A stretch of 63,520 bases of DNA, the filler included, from Nemertoderma westbladi (taxonomy: Eukaryota; Animalia; Xenacoelomorpha), in the NCBI GenBank assembly GCA_032718475.1. It is 3 parts of 3 records of this genome, joined end to end, with 100 filler letters (N's around TTAATTAATTAA, not from the genome) between each part and the next. Parts side by side here need not be neighbours in the genome. Positions count along the whole stretch, not along the records: positions 25,776 to 56,347 come from JAUCBJ010004164.1; positions 56,448 to 63,520 come from JAUCBJ010003860.1; 1 more part is not named here. One strand, given 5' to 3'. The position numbers were made by a program, and so were the translations under genes. The notes beneath the pieces are model-generated. The model had not been told where the DNA came from. It was given only the letters and a program-made list of their open reading frames with translations, and searched no databases. Within the stretch, counting starts at the first letter, position 1; each line of letters starts with the position of its first letter. Positions 48,829-60,499 of this stretch are shown in pieces.

Positions 48829-51800
48829 CTAGAAAGCCTGTGGCCCTTCGGGCCACAGCTTTCTAGTGCATGTGCAGATGATATATGAATATGTGTGGGA
48901 GATTTGAGAACTGCATACGGAACAGACACGTTCGTGGGGCCTTCGCGCAGCACGAGGCCCAGTTATGAGATACAAATTAAAATTGAGCGACTGTATCACA
49001 AAATCAGGTTTTGAGAAATTTACCCACACCACCAATCAATCAAAGAAAGGGGGACAGTACGTGTTCACCCCTTTTAATCCCCCCCCCCCCCCCCCACCCT
49101 TCCCAACCACCAATACATAACCGCGACATCTACCACCCACGGAAGGGTAGCACGAACTTATTTCCAATCGCACGTTCAATATGCAAAGCCAGGTGGTTTA
49201 TAGGAATATAATAAACGCAGTACTCGTATTCATTATAAGCCTCGTTGCGTTCGTCCTGTTTTGTATTTAAATATATTTCTTAAACGCAGGCTAGGACGTT
49301 CTTTATAATAATAATAACTAGGGATGCGATCAATATGTGAAGCCAGGTGGTTTATATAATAATTTAGTCAACGCAGTACTCGTCTTCATTATATGCCTCG
49401 TTGCGCTCGTCGCTTGTCCTGTTTTGTTATAAAATATTTTTCTTAAACGCAGACTGACGATCTTTATACAGTTATAACTATGCGAAGTTTCGAAACTGTG
49501 CGAGTAACTGTTGATACATCTATGTGGATATGTGTGATATGTGGAGATGTGTGATACAACGCCAACGCATCTTATGCCGATGTAGTAATATGGGTATTGA
49601 AATAATATTAAATTAATGTACACTCTTAAAGCTGCAGCGAAAAAATGTAGCTAATTTCCTAGGTTACATATAAAATAATAATATTATTTTTAAGAACATT
49701 AATTTTACTACTTTGCAAAAATTCAATTAAAAAATAACCAGACATATACATTGTGGAATAAACTATTTCAGAAGCCTACACAACAGCCATGCCATGGATA
49801 GTATTTATGTTATGATATCTGTCATTCACCTGAGATAGCAATACAACATTTATAGTGAATTTAAAGAATGCTGTCTGGGCTGGAATAGCAATACTGGTTG
49901 TCTATTACTATTCCTCTCTGGTTAGTCTTAGCAACAACTCCCAGCCAGCAGCAGAGACTTGACCAATAATCATTCCCAGCAACTGGGAATGACACACACA
50001 TCCCATCTATGTACCAGCATGTTGGCCAATAAATGAGCAGTATTTAATGAGAATAAATTTTTTTTGCCGTTTTAATTACTTTAGATCAATTAAAGACACA
50101 ATTATTAAAGCAAATCACTTGAACTAATTAAAAACTATAATAGAATGGCGTATGGGGATTACATCTGTATAATTTTTAATTATAATTATTTAAATCTTAT
50201 ACTGTAAAACAATTAATTTCCTTTAAAAGGCAGGTTGAAAATGGTGTTTTTACCGTAATAACTTAATTAACTAATTAACTGCTATTATCTTAGCTTCTCG
50301 AAGGCCACACTGAAATTCTACTTGGAAAATTTCTAAACTTTTGCCAAACAACATGTGTACCAAGTTTGGATAGATTTCATCAAAGATTGGCCGAGTTATT
50401 AACGTTTAAAATTGAACACGACAGAACGACAGAACGACAGAACGACACGTTCGTGGGGCCTTCGCGCAGCACGAGGCCCAGTTATGAGATACAAATTAAA
50501 ATTGAGCGACTGAATCACAAAATCAGGTTTTGAGAAATTTACCCACACCACCAATCAATCAAAGAAAGGGGGACAGTACGTGTTCACCCCTTTTAATCCC
50601 CCCCCCCCCCCCCACCCTTCCCAACCACCAATACATAACCACGACATCTACCACCCACAGAAGGGTAGCACGAACTTATTTCCAATCGCACGTTCAATAT
50701 GCAAAGCCAGGTGGTTTATAGGAATATAATAAACGCAGTACTCGTATTCATTATAAGCCTCGTTGCGTTCGTCCTGTTTTGTATTTAAATATATTTCTTA
50801 AACGCAGGCTAGGACGTTCTTTATAATAATAATAACTAGGGATGCGATCAATATGTGAAGCCAGGTGGTTTATATAATAATTTAGTCAACGCAGTACTCG
50901 TCTTCATTATATGCCTCGTTGCGCTCGTCGCTTGTTCTGTTTTGTTATAAAATATTTTTCCTAAACGCAGACTGACGATCTTTATACAGTTATAACTATG
51001 CGAAGTTTCGAAACTGTGCGAGTAACTGTTGATACATCTATGTGGATATGTGTGATATGTGGAGATGTGTGATACAACGCCAACGCATCTTATGCCGATG
51101 TAGTAATATGGGTATTGAAATAATATTAAATTAATGTACACTCTTAAAGCTGCAGCGAAAAAATGTAGCTAATTTCCTAGGTTACATATAAAATAATAAT
51201 ATTATTTTTAAGAACATTAATTTTACTACTTTGCAAAAATTCAATTATAAAATAACCAGACATATACATTGTGGAATAAACTATTTCAGAAGCCTACACA
51301 ACAGCCATGCCATGGATAGTATTTATGTTATGATATCTGTCATTCACCTGAGATAGCAATACAACATTTATAGTGAATTTAAAGAATGCTGTCTGGGCTG
51401 GAATAGCAATACTGGTTGTCTATTACTGTACTATTCCTCTCTGGTTAGTCTTAGCAACAACTCCCAGCCAGCAGCAGAGACTTGACCAATAATCATTTCC
51501 AGCAACTGGGAATGACACACACATCCCATCTATGTACCAGCATGTTGGCCAATAAATGAGCAGTATTTAATGAGAATAAATTTTTTTTGCCGTTTTAATT
51601 ACTTTAGATTAATTAAAGACACAATTATTAAAGCAAATCACTTGAACTAATTAAAAACTATAATAGAATGGCGTATGGGGATTACATCTGTATAATTTTT
51701 AATTATAATTATTTAAATCTTATACTGTAAAACAATTAATTTCCTTTAAAAGGCAGGTTGAAAATGGTGTTTTTACCGTAATAACTTAATTAACTAATTA

Positions 51801-53640
51801 ACTGCTATTATCTTAGCTTCTCGAAGGCCACACGGAAATTCTACTTGGAAAATTTCTAAACTTTTGCCAAACAACATGTGTACCAAGTTTGGATAGATTT
51901 CATCAAAGATTGGCCGAGTTATTAACGTTTAAAATTGAACACGACAGAACGACAGAACGACAGAACGACAGAACGACAGAACGACAGGTTGATTAATGGT
52001 ACCACTACGCTAAGGCTCACTCACTTCGTGGCTCGCCCCACAGGTTGATTAATGGTACCACTACGCTAAGGCTCACTCACTTCGTGGCTCGCCCCACACC
52101 ATCATTAAATAAAACACCACCCCCATAAGATATAACTGTCAAGTTTCAACTTTAGGCAGATTGTAAATAACAAAATTTCCAGAAAATGATCACTTTCAGA
52201 TCCACCCTCTACCTGCGGACTGGTGAAATGCAGACGGCGCTGCAGTTTGGTAAAGATGGGGTTTATGGTGAAGTAAAATGCCTGCCTTTCAAGTTTCAGC
52301 TTAAACAGATTGTAAATAACAAAATTGGTGTAGATGTTCATATTCAAACATTTCACCCTCTAGCGGTAGACTGAAGAACTGTAGACGACTCTAGGACTCC
52401 GTAAAGATACAGAATATGGTGTAGTAGATTCCTGCCAAGTTCCAGCTCAATAGGATTAAAAAGAACCAAATGGGATGAGGTGTTCACTATCAGATATTTC
52501 GCCCTCTAGCGTCAAATGGGGGGACTGTATACAACTCTGCGAATCCGTAAAGGTACAGCCTATGTTGTAGTAGATGCCTACCAAGTTTCAGTCTAAACCG
52601 TTAGTAAATAACAAAGTTGGAGAAGATGTTAACTTTCATACATTTCGCCCTCTAGCGGCAGACGCGGGTAATGTAGACAACTCTGCGCGACTCAGTAAAG
52701 ATATAGCCTATGCTGTAGTAGATGCCTACCAAGTTCAGTCTAAATGGATTATAAATAACAAAGTTGGAGAAGATGGTAACTTTCAGACATTTCACCCTCT
52801 AGCGGTAGACTGGGGAAGTGTATAAGACTCTGCAACTCCGTAAAGATAGAGCCTAGGATGTAGTAGATACCTGCCAAGTTTCAGCTCAAAAGGATTAAAA
52901 AGAACCAAATGGGATGAGGTTTTCACTATCAGACAATTCGCCCTCTTGCGGCTGACTGTGGAACTGTAGACGACTCTACTACTCCGCAAAGATATAGCCT
53001 ATGCTATAGTAGATGCCTACCAAGTTTCAGTCTAAAACGTTTGTAAATAACAAAGTTGGAGAAGATGTTAACTTTCATACATTTCGCCCTCTAGCGGCAT
53101 ACGCGGGTACTGTAGACAACTCTGCGCGACTCAGTAAAGATATAGCCTATGCTGTAGTAGATGCCTACCAAGTTCAGTCTAAATGGATTATAAATAACAA
53201 AGTTGGAGAAGATGTTAACTTGCAGACATTTCGCCCTCTAGCGGTAGACTGGGAAATTGTAGACGACTCTGCGACTCAGTAAAGATTCAGCCTATGCTGT
53301 AGTAGATGCCTACCAAGTTTCAGTCAAAACGGATTGTAAATAATAAAGTTGGAGAAGATGTTAACTCTCAGACATTTAGCCCTATAACGGTAGACTGAGG
53401 AACTGTAGACAACCCAGTGACTCCGGAAATATACAGCCTATGCTGCAGTATATAGCTACCACGTTTCAGCTCAAAAGCATTAAAAACAACCCTATAAGAT
53501 CAGGTTTTCACTATCGGATAATTCGCCCTCTAGCGGCAGACGGTGGAACTTCAGACGGCTCTGAGTATTACGTTGCAACGAGTTAGGGCGAGACCTATCT
53601 AACGAGCTATAGTAAGCGAGATTTCATCGAGATTAGATGT
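48829..53640 (+). mobile_element. Second HINE-like element with ~146-bp tandem repeats (about 52150-53560), interrupted by family X
   Basis: Same CTAGAAAGCC..GCTTTCTAG hairpin; empty-site relative at 25940-26430; 439-bp higher-order period; 3' boundary approximate. Confidence 0.7.
48929..52095. mobile_element. Family X copy containing a nested near-identical copy (50448-52039)
   Basis: Both copies are bounded by ACA; the 53-bp terminal remainder of the outer copy follows the inner copy. Confidence 0.85.
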
Positions 53641-53898
53641 ATAATATTAGACAAAATAATAATACAGTAAGTATAGGCCTACAGAAATAATTATTTTACT
53701 TTTAATATTCATAACAGTAAAACACGTTGTGGGGTCTTCGAGCAGCACGTGTTCAATTGTTCAATGACTGAGCAGCGACTAATTAACAAATTGATGAGAG
53801 ATTCATTGACCAGCTACAGACAGATCAATATTGTGACATATATTTTAGTTTAATGTTTGATTCAATTAAAGGCACAAATTAAAAAGGCTACAAATATA

Positions 53899-54797
53899 CA
53901 CCATGTCCCAGAATATAGTGTCGTAATTCAGTGACACCCACACCCCCCCCCCCCCCACCCCTAATTTTTCTACAAATCGTAATGAGATTGCATGAAATTT
54001 GAAACAGGGATAGGTTCACCTCCCGACCACTGACTGGGTGAGCCAGAATTTTTATTTTTGCTTTCAATCTTTAGCTACATGGGTTTAAAAAAGTGTCTCC
54101 AGCGATATTACACCAGTTACACCTCAGTTATTCTTCTACCTTATAGCAGTTTGTTGGTACCAATGGAAAGCTGGTCATGCAAGGATTCCAAATATGTAAC
54201 ACAATTTGAATTTCGTTGAAAAATAGCTGAGATATGAGCGTTCAAATGTTGCATGGTTTTGCACCGGCGCGAGGCTATTTTATTCTATTTAATAAATATA
54301 CCATATTCTGGAACATTTTTTAAATGTATGAATAGCTACGTAATAGTATGATTAAAGATGTAATACATTGTTGCGCAGCTACGTATTTGGATGAACAAAA
54401 TATTCCAGATTATGATGCATTTATTAAATAGAATAAAATAACCTCCGCCGGTGCAAAACCATGCAACATTTGAACGCCCATATCTCTGCTATTTTTCAAC
54501 GCAATTCAAATTGTGTTACATATTTGGAATCCTTGTACGGTCAGCTTTCTATCAGTACCAACAAATCACTATAAGGTTGAAGAATAAATGCGGTGTAACT
54601 GGTGTAATATCGCTGGAGACACTTTTTTAAACGCATGTAGCCAAAGATTGAAAGCAAAACTCAAAAGACCAGTTAGTGGTCGGGAGGTGAAACTATCTCT
54701 GTTTCTAATTTCATGCAATCTCATTACGATTTGTAAAAAAATTAGGGGGGGGGGGGGCGTGTCACTGAATTACGACACTATATTCTGGGACATGGTG
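53899..54797. mobile_element. Fully palindromic Tc1/mariner-like MITE
   Basis: TA|CACCATGTCCCAGAATATAGTGTCGTAATTCAGTGACAC with an exact inverse ending |TA; the arms extend ~430 bp. Confidence 0.9.
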
Positions 54798-55042
54798 TAT
54801 TATAGGGGTGAATAATTCAATTAGTCACATTAAAAGGTAGCCAAATATAAATTGCAATCTACAGTATATAGATTTTTAAATTCAGTAGTGACGTGTGTTG
54901 TGTATTAATTCCGTAGATTTCATGATGAAATAGCGTCCATTAATTCAATTTCTATTTAATTATTCAGGCATACTAATACCCACATTAAATTATTTCGTGT
55001 GTGTTAAGTGTGTAAGATTTGATTGTTTCGGCACGAACCCAT

Positions 55043-55630
55043 TAGGGCACAGAAACTGACGGATTATTCGCGAATTTCACAAACGTCGCGAATTTAGCAA
55101 ACGTCGCAAACTTCGGGAATTTATTCTACAAATTTGACTCCTTAAGCAAAAGGGTCCCGAATGAGTTTTTAACATTTTTTGGGGTTTTTTAGTGCTTTTT
55201 TTATATTAGTGAATGTTCTAGAACCTTAGTAGATTTTTTATGGTATATATATATAGCTAGTATTTTATACTAGCTAGTAATTTTTGGAAATAGTTTTGGT
55301 CATTAATATATTCTTCAACAGTTTAACCTGAAATATCATGGACTTTCACATTTTTTTATAATTTGAAAAAATACTATCAAGCAAAAAACACTAGCTATCG
55401 TAAAGAACATATCTACTAATGTTCTAGAACTTTCACCAATACCAAAAAAATTAAAAAACTCTAAAAAAGGATTGGTGGAAAATGGCTGGGGTGTCGACAG
55501 GGTGAAGTAGGGACCGTGTTGCTTAAGGAGTGTCCATTTTACATAACATAAAATTCCCGACGTTCGCGACGTTTGCAAAATTTGCGACGTTTGCAAAATT
55601 CGCGAAGAATCCGTCAGTTTCTGTGCCCTA
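55043..55630. mobile_element. MITE with hAT-like TAGGG termini
   Basis: TIR TAGGGCACAGAAACTGACGGATT.TTCGCGAATTT with subterminal AAACGTCGC repeats; no clean TSD. Confidence 0.75.
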
Positions 55631-55672
55631 CTCCACGAACCACGGCTTTACGAGGTCCTACTGGTTATATGG

Positions 55673-56347
55673 AAAAATATCGAGACATGAAAAATATCGA
55701 GAGTAAAAATATCGAGAGTAAAAATATCGAGAGTAAAAATATCGAGAGTAAAAATATTAGAGTGTTGAAAGATATCGAGTGTTGAAAAATATCGAGAGTA
55801 AAATTATCGAGTGTTGAAAAATATCGAGTGTTGAAAAAATTGAGAGTAAAAATATCGATAGTAACAATTTTTTTTAATACCGGTTGTATGATAACCTTTT
55901 TCCCAAAAATGTTCTAGTACAAAAAAAAATGTGTTCTAGAACAAAAATATTTATCAACATTGGTAGCTTACACGTGTTCTATAACATTTATAAAAAGAAG
56001 TAGAAAATACTAGCTATTTTAAAAAATTAACATCAATCTAGAACAATCTAGAACTAAAAAATGTCATCTAGAACAAAAATATTTATCCAAATTGATAGCT
56101 AGCACTTTTTTATAATATTTATTAAAAAAATAGCAAAAACTAGCTAGTATAATAAATCTGGTGAATGGGTACACTATCCAAGGTGTATTAATGCCACTTA
56201 CTTGCACTTGCACTGTTGTAACCCATGCACTGCAATATTCTCCCATAATTCTAAATAAAATGCTCACGCAGAATGCAATATTTTTACTCTCGATATTTTT
56301 CAACACTCGATATTTTTATCATTATTTTCGATATTTTTCATCTCGTG
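55673..56347. repeat. Foldback-like element with 15-bp tandem arms (AAAAATATCGAGAGT)
   Basis: Tandem copies at 55673-55865 and inverted copies at 56280-56345; cut by the spacer. Confidence 0.7.
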
Positions 56348-56447
56348 NNNNNNNNNNNNNNNNNNNNNNNNNNNNNNNNNNNNNNNNNNNNTTAATTAAT
56401 TAANNNNNNNNNNNNNNNNNNNNNNNNNNNNNNNNNNNNNNNNNNNN
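56348..56447. other. Artificial contig spacer
   Basis: Same N/TTAATTAATTAA/N 100-bp linker as at 25676. Confidence 0.95.
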
Positions 56448-56451
56448 TTTT

Positions 56452-57070
56452 GGCTAGAGTTCCGTACGTCCCCCCATTTTTAAAATGACTTGAATTGCCT
56501 TGAAATGACTTGTATTGTTATTTAATATTATGGAATATATTTTTTCTACCTATAATATATACTATATATACAATATATATATATATATATTATATATATT
56601 ATATAGTATATATAGATAGTATATATATATATATTATTTTTAAAATGACTTGAATTGCCTTGAAATGACTTGTATTGTCATTTAATATTATGGAATATAT
56701 TTTTTCTACCTATAATATATACTATATATACAATATATATATATATATATTATATATATTATATAGTATATATAGATAGTATATATATATATATTATTTT
56801 TAAAATGACTAGAATTGCCTTGAAATGACTTGTATTGTCATTTAATATTATGGAATATATTTTTTCTACCTATAATATATACTATATATATAATATATAT
56901 ATATATATTATATATATTATATAGTATATATAGATAGTATATATATATACTATATATATACTATCTATATATACTATATACTAATATTTGATTAGTGTCG
57001 CTCAAGAAACATGGTGTTATGGTATAGTAAAAAAATCTCGCAAAATGGGGGGACGTACGGAACTGTTCCC
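56452..57070. mobile_element. MITE with GG..AGTTCCGTA ends and an internal 160-bp AT-rich triplication
   Basis: AGTTCCGTACGTCCCCCCATTT inverted at 57044-57065; units start at 56481, 56641 and 56801. Confidence 0.7.
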
Positions 57071-57426
57071 TTTATTTTTGTTATATTTCATCCCACAATG
57101 CAATTATTTCATCCCACAATGCAATTATTCCATTCGCCATTTGGTGTATTAATATTGAATATAATTGTAAGAAATATAACACAATGCTTTGTCTGTTGAA
57201 TTTCGTTTTTTATTTTGTTAAGATTAACCTGCGAATGTAACCTGCTCCATTCCAATATATAGTGATAATTACTAGTAGAAACTGTTTAAAATTATGGGAC
57301 ATATGGAACTAGGTTAAATTGTATACTGGTATACAATTTAACTTAGATGTATAAATTAAATTAAATTGTATAAATATAGAAGGCCTATATACATAAATCT
57401 ATAGATATAAAATATACTTCATCGAT

Positions 57427-57665
57427 TCACGGCAAAAGCAATGCCCTGCTAGGTGGAGGTGGCTTTGTTCAACTGTCAGGCTTGGGGGAACCAATGAGAC
57501 ACCTCCAATGTTATATAGTATCTGGCTAGAGATGTGTGCATTGTACTTGACACAATGAACCCGGTGTAGCATTCTTGTGAATGTGCCATCCAGAGATTTG
57601 GTGTTCTCAGCAGTTAGAGCCCAGCATTTGACTTTCATCAGTACTGGAACTACTGCTGCTCTAAA
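57427..57665 (-). mobile_element. RTE LINE C-terminal fragment
   Basis: FRAAVVPVL..WALTAE.TKSLDGTFTRML..FC.RE, same family as 61371-62339. Confidence 0.85.
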
Positions 57666-57870
57666 TATTGTTAATTTTATTAAAATTATTATTATAAATA
57701 ATATCATTGTTCATTCACCATGTTCATTCATTGTGTATTGCCTATAATTTGTTCTCTGCATCCAATCCCTCTCTATTACTCCCTTGGATCTCCAACTATA
57801 AACGGCTTACTTGCCAGACTGAGATGTAATCTGAACTCTAACCTTTACTCCAATCATGTCCACATAGATT

Positions 57871-58660
57871 AGACATGTACCGAACAACAAGAGTCCCACA
57901 AGAAATGAAAACAAATAAGTTGGTGCCAGTTCCCAAGAAGGGCAACCTAACACTCTATGGTTCTTTTCGGGGAATCTCATTGATCTCGATTGCTGCAAAG
58001 CTATACAATAGGATTCTATTAAATCGCATCAGGGATCCCATTGAGAGACTGCTCCGTGGAAATCAGAATGGGTTCCGTAAAGGTCGTGGGACCATGGAGC
58101 CCATTTTGGAACTTAGAAGGATAATTGAAGAATTATCAAAAAAGAAAGACAGGCATCTGGCTGTTATCTTTGTTGACTTCTTCAAGGCCTTTGATTCAGT
58201 CTCTCGGTCACGTATGTTCAGCATACTTTCATTATATGGGATTCCTGATGAAATTATTGCAGCAATCAGATCAGTATACGATGGTTCGACAACATTTGTG
58301 TCTACTGTTGACGGTGACACAGAACCATTTGAAGTGTTATGGGGCGTCCTCCAAGGAGACACACTTGCACCATTCTTGTTCATTATTGTGGTTGACTTTG
58401 TTCTACGCATGTCCTTAGATCATCATAATGATGATGGGGTGATGATAACTCCACCTACTGGCTCCAGAAGTCGAGGAAATCCTGCCAAGTACTTAACTGA
58501 TCTAGACTTTGCTGATGACTTAGGAGTACTCCATATTAACTAGAGGGAGCCCAACGGCACCTCAGCTCATTAGAACATGATGCTTCTAGTGTTGGTCTAT
58601 TTATTAACTCCAGAAAGACCAAAATTCTGACAGTTAACTTTGAAAGTCCTTAGCAAGTCT
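57871..58660 (+). mobile_element. RTE LINE RT fragment
   Basis: MYRTTRVPQEMK..DFFKAFDSV..GVLQGDTLAP..DFADD; almost identical to 44020-44710. Confidence 0.92.
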
Positions 58661-58689
58661 AACAATTCTAACAACAATTCTAACTAACA

Positions 58690-58965
58690 ACAATTCTAAC
58701 AAATCAATATCGCGTTTCTGTGAGACAATCAGAAGTTTTGCGTATATTCTCTCCATATCATAGGTCTTGCAACCATGTTTGCCACGTGTAGGTTTCAAAT
58801 CCATAGTTAAAACTGAGCGTGTTATTCTCTGGTAGAAACCATTTGGGAGAGTTGATTTGAATGCCCTTGCCGACTCCAACCCCAACTTTAAGGCATTATC
58901 GACATTGACTTCTGGTGGAGCTATACGACCATTCACAATATTGATCAACTCATTAGTCATCAACT
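58690..58965 (-). pseudogene. Probable fragment of an unclassified DNA-transposon ORF
   Basis: LINIVNGRIAP.EVNVDNA..LG....F...LPNGFY..I...V.TM..YD.ERIYAKLL resembles, from memory only, repetitive invertebrate transposon-borne proteins; unverified. Confidence 0.4.
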
Positions 58966-59048
58966 ATGTAAAATACAAAACAAGTTACGTAATATTACTT
59001 TTTGATTTTATGAATAAATGTGCCGCTGTGTGCTGCCATAAAAAATAC

Positions 59049-59636
59049 GGTTCGAGTTCCGTATAGAACTGCTTTTTTAAAACATATGTCATTGTTACTA
59101 TGGCAACGTTGAAGAGTTCTAGAACAATAGACAAGTAATATATACTATTCTAGAACATAAAGAAAATAACAAATATTATGTTCTAGAACATATGGCTAGT
59201 TTTTTTTTTAATTTAAAATAGCTAGTAAATAAAATATTTTTTTTTTGAGAGATTTTAAAATAGCAAATTTCCCTTACGTATCTGACGTCTCCACAAGTAT
59301 TCGGTAAGTTTTTCAGATAATTTATCTTGATAGGCATTGCACTCCTTGCATCATGCTCTTGCGTCATAAATTTTTCTAATTTTTAGCCGTACCTTTCTTT
59401 TAATCGCTGCTGTTTATTTACCGACTGCTGTCACATTAAAATTTTTTTTTATTATTAGTAGCTATTTTAAATTTATAAAAAATTACTAGCTATATTTTCT
59501 AGAACAATAATTTGTTTATTTTATTTTTGTTCTAGAATAGTGTATATTATATATTTTTTGTTCTGGAACTCTTCACTGTTGCCATGGTAACAATTATTTA
59601 TGTTATAAAAATGCAGTTCTATACGGAACTGTTACC
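59049..59636. mobile_element. MITE with GG termini and 8-bp TSD (Merlin-like)
   Basis: Exact TSD AAAAATAC; inverted AGTTCCGTATAGAACTGC and long imperfect arms. Confidence 0.8.
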
Positions 59637-60499
59637 AAAAATACTAGCTATATCAATTTCAATAAATAAGACTAATCAACAATGTGTGTGTGAGGCGGTA
59701 GGCAATATATAAACGAACCGGTTAACGAAACGACGGTGAACAATACATACCGTTAAAAGATTTGCAAAATATGGGTAATCAAAGCTTTCATATCATAGCT
59801 AAGTATACTGCAATTACAGTATATTCAGATCTAAACATATACAGATATACGTAGTTGTTTATCTCTGTTCTAGAACATTTAATTTAATTACTCCAGTAAC
59901 AAACGTTTATAATTTAATGTAATTTTTAGAATAGGTTGACTAATTTGTACTTGTATTTTATGCTGTAAAAAAAATTCCCCAAGGTATCCCAACTGGCACC
60001 CGGTGAATATTTACATTATTATTGTGGCGATACTATATGGCTCGCCCCATATCCTTGGACGATATGGGAGAGACCTACCGGTAAATGTCAGTATGTCAGT
60101 GTTAGTCAGTCAGTGAGTCATATACTCCCCAGTATCTATGCTGCTTACTGCATGCCCTAACCGGTCCTCAGAGGACCCTATTACAGTATTACCTGTACGG
60201 TACTTTTGATTATGGTGTGACCGCATATATTTGGCCATTGTACCTAACTGTTCTTATCATCAATATATTCGCGATCTGCTCCACACAAAGGTTTGTTCGT
60301 CTGCTGCCTCGCAGCAATAGTAGATACCCCCACAATTATTATCAGGGAAGACATTGAGAAAATAAAATTGCGTGATGACCCAAGTTCACGGTCCTCCCTT
60401 GAGCTCTATTGAGCGTCTACTGGACTATCTAGAATTTAGTCTTTTTTAATTTTTTTAATGGTTTATTTATTCTTCCAAATATTTGCCCCTTTAAACTTT

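Noticed and set aside
48929-51960. Simple 1519-bp tandem duplication or assembly artefact
   Set aside because: The copies differ by several substitutions and indels, and the ACA junctions plus the displaced 53-bp end fit nested insertion better.
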